A DNA stretch of 64,000 nt. It comes from Macrostomum lignano (lineage: Eukaryota). Below, one piece after another: positions 57,693-64,000 of the stretch. Positions within the stretch are counted from its first letter, which is position 1, and every line of letters starts with the position of its first letter. The notes under the pieces are model-generated. The model saw only the letters and a list, made by a program, of their open reading frames with translations. It made no database searches and had not been told where the DNA came from. The position numbers and the translations under genes were made by a program. The stretch spans positions 1 through 64,000 of the forward strand of contig NIVC01000323.1 of the NCBI GenBank assembly GCA_002269645.1, given 5' to 3'.

Positions 57693-58790
57693 ATGTCCCC
57701 AGCATCGGCAGCAGGCGACCCGAGTTCCGGGGCGACCGCAGCTTCGGCACTCGCCTTGTTCCTCGTCGGCCGCATGCTGCTGCAGATGTTCGTCGCCTCA
57801 CGCCGCAGCCGCAACCGTCGCCGTGCTGGCACCGTGTCCGCCGTGCTGTTGTACCCGGTGAAGTCCTGCCTGCCGGTCCGCGTGACCAGCGCTCGCGTCA
57901 CCGAGTCCGGCCTGGTCAGTCCCGACGGCGTTCTCGATAGGAGCTTTGCCGTTGTGAGCGTCACTAACAGGAAGCTCCTGGCGTTGAAGGCCTGTCCGAG
58001 GCTGTCGCTAATTCAGCCCGTGCTGGACCGTTCGAGTCCCACTAGAATTCGCCTGAGCCTGTCCGAGTCTGCAGACGCTGAGAAGTTGAACGTTTCAAAC
58101 TCTGTGACAGTGCGCATCGGTGCCAAGGACTCGCGCACCTCCGGCGTGGAGAAATTCGACATGTTCGGCGAGATGGCCTACGGGAAGGTGTGCGACAAGG
58201 ACACGAACTCCTGGCTGCGGGCAGTCTGTGGTAGAAACGACGCCATACTGGTGTACTGCCACCAGGAGCTTCGAACGACACTGACCGAACTGCGCGAATG
58301 CCAACGTCTTGGCATCGCGTCGAAGACGTTCGACGGCTGCGACATGCCGTCAAGCGGGGACAGCCGGATTGCCTACGCCAACACCGCGCCGCTGCTGTTG
58401 GCAACAGAGCCGGCGCTGACTGCCCTGAATCAGCGTCTCGCCGACAAAGGCCGTCCACCTGTTGGTCACTGCAACTTTCGAGCCAACCTGGTCATCGACG
58501 GACCCATCCAGGACCGCGAGGAGGAAGTCTGGTCTTTCGTGTTCTTCCCATCGAGCGGCTGCGCTCTGGCCGTGCTGACCCCGTGCACCCGGTGCGGCAT
58601 CACCACCGTGGACTACGCCAGTCCGGGCGACGAGCGTCGACAGCTGCGCACCGATGGCGAGCCGCTGAAGACACTAGCCGAGTATCGCAAGGACGGCGCG
58701 TTCAAGAAGTTCAGCCCGGTGTTTGGCGTCAACGGTTTCGTTGAGCTGCCAGGAGATGTGGCTGTTGGCGACGAGGTGTTGGTAATTTAG
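57693..58790 (+). CDS. MTARC: mARC-like MOSC-domain molybdoenzyme (mitochondrial amidoxime-reducing component), 365 aa, intronless
   Basis: N-terminal hydrophobic anchor followed by basic residues; LYPVKSC; DRSFAV; FRANLVIDG; PCTRCGITTVD (Moco-ligand Cys motif); FGVN. First ATG at 57693; the ORF track starts at an upstream TTG. Confidence 0.93.
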   Translation: MSPASAAGDPSSGATAASALALFLVGRMLLQMFVASRRSRNRRRAGTVSAVLLYPVKSCLPVRVTSARVTESGLVSPDGVLDRSFAVVSVTNRKLLALKACPRLSLIQPVLDRSSPTRIRLSLSESADAEKLNVSNSVTVRIGAKDSRTSGVEKFDMFGEMAYGKVCDKDTNSWLRAVCGRNDAILVYCHQELRTTLTELRECQRLGIASKTFDGCDMPSSGDSRIAYANTAPLLLATEPALTALNQRLADKGRPPVGHCNFRANLVIDGPIQDREEEVWSFVFFPSSGCALAVLTPCTRCGITTVDYASPGDERRQLRTDGEPLKTLAEYRKDGAFKKFSPVFGVNGFVELPGDVAVGDEVLVI

Positions 58791-61544
58791 ACTGTCGGTG
58801 CGAAAATTGCAAGCACACGTGTACTGTAGGGGTTGCGTGTACGTCGAAGGACATTGAATTTTTTATGCTGTCAACGATGAAGGTTTGCACGAGTGAAATT
58901 GTAAATCATAATCGATTTTTTTGCTTTATTTTGCTTTTTGCAAAGTGGTTCCGCCTAGACTTATTTTATTTTAGCTTTTCAAAAGAAAAATTCGTTCACG
59001 AAGTTCGGCTTGAAGTGTACAATAAGCTTGATGCAATTTTTTGGCTGGTAGCTTGCAAGAATTAAACGGAGATTTCCCAAGGGAATTTCTTAGCCTATGG
59101 GCCACAAAGCGCAACCTTTCTAAACTGATTTCCCTGGTGGCTGGTGCAATTTCTGAAGAATATTCTATTGACTGACTGAGAATGAAGACAGAGGTTCAAT
59201 TGACAAATTATTTCCAAAGCCAAGATGCTGTTCAGGTTTTCAAGTCACCCAGGAATTCAGTCGGGTATAATTAACTGACAAGCTCGACAGTTATGCGAGC
59301 GATATCTGCTAAACCCTCCCACTGGCCTCGCTGCATTCTCTGTGGTGTGTTTATGTATACACAAGAACCACTGCTTGAAACGAGCGGCGCTTACCACGGA
59401 GCCGCCCCCAGCCAGTGGAAAGTGTATAATGTCAACTTGTATATTGTCATTGCAAAGGCAATACATGCATGTGTATGTGCCTGCGTTTCTTCGCAGACTG
59501 CCTCTCCCCCACCTCAACCCTGTCCTGTCTTCACGATCCGCTGGTGATGTCTCTCTTTCGCTCTCTTTTTTTATCTCTGCATTTTCGTCTTAGACTTGGC
59601 GTACGTATAAGCCGAGTTGCCCTTCCGCAATGTCGGAATCCGTTCCTCCAGCTCCAGCGCTCTGTTAGTGTTGGCCCCATTGCTGGTTTATAAACGGATG
59701 CTGCCAAATGGAGCAGCTGACTTCTAAACTTCAAAGGTCTTCGCTCGTTGCAGCAGCAGCAGCAGCCGTTTCGCACTACTTCTATCATGTACCCCTTGTG
59801 CCCCGGGTTGGCCTTAAAGAAATACCAAAAAAATAGGAATGAACAGGCAAGCAATTAATCAGAAGTTTGCTATTTCTACCCACACATACACCCCAAGCAA
59901 AAGTGTAAATCCCCCTCTGTGTCCATTGTCCACGTCAACGCATGCGAGACTTCAAACGAACTGCATGTTTTCTGAATTTCTGACTCTTTCATTCATATCC
60001 ACGAGTTGGTTGCGTCTTGAATTAAGCTTGGATAGGGAGCATTTTTTCTATCCGATTGCCAGAGCTAAAAATTCAGGTCGTTTGATATTCACTTTAAAAA
60101 AACACCGACCCTATGATGGCTTCAAAGGCGCTTGCTTCGTTCTTTCCATATTGCGTGCGTTCATGCCCAATGCCCCAGCTCTGTGCAGCTCAGCGGGCAA
60201 TTTGTCCGGCTTTGAACGGAACCCCCCGCCAAGCGATAGCCCTCAGGGCAATTTCGGGGCAATCCTTGCCCCCCTCCTCCTCCTTCCTCTTGCTTGGGAC
60301 AAAATGAAGTCAAAGAAAGTCGTTGGTGGATGGCCTTAGGATGGACGGGGGCCTTTCTCGGGGCAATAGAAGGGCCGGGGGCCGGGGCAGGAGAACCCGA
60401 CGTGAGGAACAAGTAGAATTGGAAACTTCGGAGCTTTCGGGCGCGCTCATTCATGGCTTGTATCGTGTTTGCCGGCGGCTGCTTGCCAGATGCTAATTTT
60501 ATCTGCACCCGCAGCCCCTGCGTCTGTCACTGGAAATTTTCCAATCGATTAAGTCCCGTTCCATGTCGTGTCTGTGTGTGCCGGTTTTTTATTCTGCCAA
60601 CTTGTTTGTAACTTTTTTCTGGAGTTATCATCTTGGCTTGAGAACGTTTTGTTCAGCTAACAAGATACATGGATAAAGGCGTAGTTTTATAACTAATAAA
60701 TTATTTAGTCAAAAGTGTCTAGGTTTTACGCTCGTAGGACAACAGGCGCCCATTAAATAGTTCACGCAACTCAAGGAAGTGGCGTAACCTTGAAAGGGGC
60801 TGCGTCGCCCCCTGGTGCTGGTTAGCACGTCGCCAAATATTCAATCAGCGCCCAAGCGCTAACGGGATTCAAAGATTAAAAAGCGCCCGGGTGTTTAAAC
60901 ACATCAATGATATCGAACCGAACCCCAATCCAAGATGAAGAACTCGAAATGCACTTTTTGACCGGTGCAGCTGAGTCAGTGCAAAGAATTGCAGAAAAGT
61001 AATTTCCAGAAATTCGTCACGAGCGTCTGCAAATTTATTCTCTAACTTTTCTCGAAGGTTTTTATTGCTTTCGATCCGACCTGTGGAATAGTCCGTTCCG
61101 ATTCTTCATCACTCGGTTTTCATCTTCAGCCTCTCCCATATCGAATTCTCACTTGATTAAAAGTGGGCGAGAGGGATTCGTGGCCGAGGGCGGCAGTTCA
61201 GGGAGATTAATTTTCTTCTAGAAAGAGCATTGAAAAAAGAGAACAAACAAATCACAAAAGATCTCATGCAATTTTGGGAGAGAAACTTCTCAAGTAGCAA
61301 TCAGTCAGGAAGGTCCGGAGGAGTCCCAGCAAATTTCGATAGATTCGATGTACTTTAATCAAATTTCACAAAGACTGCCTGTTTTTCTCAAAGAACCCTT
61401 TTAATTGGATTTTCTAAAAATGAAAAACAAATGCAATTTTTATCCGGAATTCGGGTAGCTTTTCGCTGAAATTTCACATAGCATTATATATTTAAGCATC
61501 TACTTTCATAAGACCTAAACTTTAAAAAACGTAAACTACATGAG

Positions 61545-61905
61545 GCCTAAACTTCATAAGACTTAAACTTTATAGAACCTAAACTACATGAGACCTAAAC
61601 TACATGAGACCTAAACTACATGAGACCTAAACTACATGAGACCTAAACTACATGAGACCTAAACTACATGAGACCTAAACTACATGAGACCTAAACTACA
61701 TGAGACCTAAACTACATGAGACCTAAACTACATGAGACCTAAACTACATGTAACCTAAACTACGTGAGACCTAAACTACATGAGACCTAAACTACATGTA
61801 ACCTAAACTACGTGAGACCTAAACTTTATAGAACCTAAACTAAATGAGATCTAATTTACATGAGACCTAAACTACATGAGACCTAAACTTCATAAGAACT
61901 AAACT
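61545..61905. repeat. 16-bp minisatellite (GAGACCTAAACTACAT)n
   Basis: About 20 copies. Confidence 0.95.
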
Positions 61906-63084
61906 GCATAAAAACTTAACTTCACATCGCCTAAAAATTTCTTTCATTTTAACACAAATCTTTTTTGCCGTTGAAGGAAATTAAGATTTTCATTGAAGAT
62001 GCCTAAGATAATTTAGGTCTTATGAAACCGAACCCATCCAAAAATCCACATACATGTAGGACTTAACATTTGCTGTTTAGAAGTGGCTATATTTTCGAGT
62101 CTTTTTTAGTCGTCCTTGGTAAAAACCTACCTGCCGGACAAGAAAATATGGTAGCTCGTATAAGCTATCGGTAGATACTCGTGCAGGCTTCGATTTTGTT
62201 GAGCAGTTCCAGTCCAGTGATTCGAAACCTCAAGCCCCCCCCCCGCGGTTGAAGAGACATCGATCTAAAATGGCTACGGCTAATATCCCTGGATCAGCCA
62301 AGTGGAAGGAAGCACTTGTGTCCGTTCCTTTTATGGCTAACTACCTGTGTAGCATGTGTTATATAACTAAAACTTTTAACTAAATCGTATAAGATGTTGA
62401 GTAATAAATACACCGGTTGAAACTATTGGGCCCCTCTCCAGGGCTTCCAGGGAATCCAGGGCTTCCAAGGAATCTGGAACACAGTCAGCAGGGTCTAACT
62501 GATTGAAACAGATCGAAGTACCCTTGAAGAGTCTCTGTCAAGCAGATCCGTGAAAAAACTTGAAAGAAAGAATTCGATGTTTTTTTCTGTCACTCCTTCA
62601 GTCACGTGCTGTAAGGCTAATTGACATGCGGTAGCTTATTTATATTTCATGTTTTCAGTTAATCACCAGTGGAGCATGCACGCTGGCAGATGCCGAATTC
62701 CCATTTTAGGCAGGCTTTTTTCTATAAATCCGAAACTCTTCTGCATGAAATTATCGAAATTATGTTTTTTTTCACTTCAACTCCGTCTCTTTTTATGAGT
62801 AATTTCATCCCCGTGTAGTGATACTGCAGAGTTCAGTATTTGAGCAAACAGTGCTGGAAATCGGACGAAATTTCAAGGGTTCAATCAAGTACCTAAGATA
62901 CTTATAGCCAATTGTACTCCACGAAAGAATAGGGGGAGGGGCGGTGTTTGAGTGCAGAAGACTCTTTTAAAACTGAAGTCTGAAGGATAGGTCTGAAGGA
63001 AGGATTAGAAGTGGGATTTTTTAAAATATGTTTTTTTCAGCGATGCCTTAAGATTTCCAGGTCTTCTGACAGTCCGGGGAGTCC

Positions 63085-63530
63085 ATGGGATTCCAGGGAT
63101 AACATGGTTTACAAGGAATCCAGGGCTTCCAGGGAATCCAGGGCTTCCAGGGAATCCAGGGCTTCCAGGGAATCCAGGGCTTCCAGGGAATCCAGGGCTT
63201 CCAGGGAATCCAGGGCTTCCAGGGAATCCAGGGCTTCCAGGGAATGCAGGGCTTCCAGGGAATCCAGGGCTTCCAGGGAATCCAGGGCTTCCAGGGAATC
63301 CAGGGCTTCCAGGGAATCCAGGGCTTCCAGGGAATCCAGGGCTTCCAGGGAATCCAGGGCTTCCAGGGAATCCAGGGCTTCCAGGGAATCCAGGGCTTCC
63401 AGGGAATCCAGGCTTCCAGGGAATCCAGGGCTTCCAGGGAATCCAGGGCTTCCAGGGAATCCAGGGCTTCCAGGGAATCCAGGGCTTCCAGGGAATCCAG
63501 GGCTTCCAGGGAATCCAGGGCTTCCAAGGA
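63085..63530. repeat. 18-bp minisatellite (GGAATCCAGGGCTTCCAG)n; short satellite copy at ~62435-62478
   Basis: About 23 copies, including one 17-bp unit near 63410. Confidence 0.95.
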
Positions 63531-63919
63531 TTTTCTATACTTCAATGAATTCCTAAAATTTTCCTGGTTTTCCAGGACTCCTTTCGATCCATTGTCGGAT
63601 GCTTACGTTAGCTTGAAATTCTTCTTTTATATCAAATTTGAAGGGAAAAGTTCTATGAAGTTGACCAGCGACTAGATTGGTTCTGTCACTTTCCTAGAGT
63701 GGTCGAGTTGAAATTGGGAGTTTAGCCTAATCAGGAAATATCGACAAGTTCATTGATTGAATGAACTCGAATTAACTTCTGCAAATGGATTCAGGACCTG
63801 TTAGGGTCACTTAGGGTCAGTCAGGAGTTTTCAGATTAGAAAAAATATTTTATACAAGAATTTTTGGATTTATTTTTTCGATTTTGGGTTACATTTCAAT
63901 GGGTTCGAGATGGCGAGGA

Positions 63920-64000
63920 AGATAGGGTAGGGAGTGAGAGGGAGATAGGGTAGGGAGTGAGAGGGAGATAGGGTAGGGAGTGAGAGGGAGATAGGGTAGG
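63920..64000. repeat. 23-bp G-rich repeat (GGGTAGGGAGTGAGAGGGAGATA)n, runs off the window end
   Basis: Three to four copies visible. Confidence 0.85.

Noticed and set aside
63011-63675. Collagen-like Gly-X-Y frames (PGNPGL, QGFQGI, and PGSPGF on the minus strand)
   Set aside because: They arise from an 18-bp satellite. A 17-bp unit near 63410 breaks the frame, the QGF frame has an upstream stop, and no signal peptide, splice context or C-propeptide is seen.
63795-63825. TTAGGG hexamers as a telomeric remnant
   Set aside because: There are only two non-adjacent copies.

Overview
Repeat-rich animal genomic DNA, not prokaryotic: it has GT-AG introns and metazoan gene families. The mix of GC-rich, intron-poor genes and dense mini/microsatellites resembles a free-living flatworm such as Macrostomum, but that assignment is inference only. 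Six protein-coding genes are supported: (1) a ~1,500-aa TRP channel with ~15 ankyrin repeats on a TRPM-like core (minus, 1238-6137, two 1-nt frameshifts); (2) a four-exon C1orf50/DUF2452 gene (12158-18470); (3) an intronless DEG/ENaC channel nested on the same strand in intron 2 of C1orf50; (4) a small secreted WSC + PAN/Apple-like protein (one 1-nt frameshift); (5) an intronless, probably GPI-anchored LRR protein; (6) an intronless mARC/MOSC protein. Mobile DNA includes an internally deleted Tc1/IS630-type element with 135-bp TIRs, nested fragments of RNase H-bearing LINEs, an RTE-like fragment, a probable tRNA-derived SINE, and a foldback-like pair of inverted satellites. About 25 tandem arrays make up much of 28-64 kb. 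There is no CRISPR array, rRNA or intact tRNA. Most notable: the ankyrin/TRPM chimeric channel, the same-strand nested ENaC, a nearly CpG-free intron, an inverted cassette of six paralogous non-coding modules between divergent genes, and a family of unrelated minisatellites sharing a TGGCGC core. Counts were made by eye and array boundaries are approximate.
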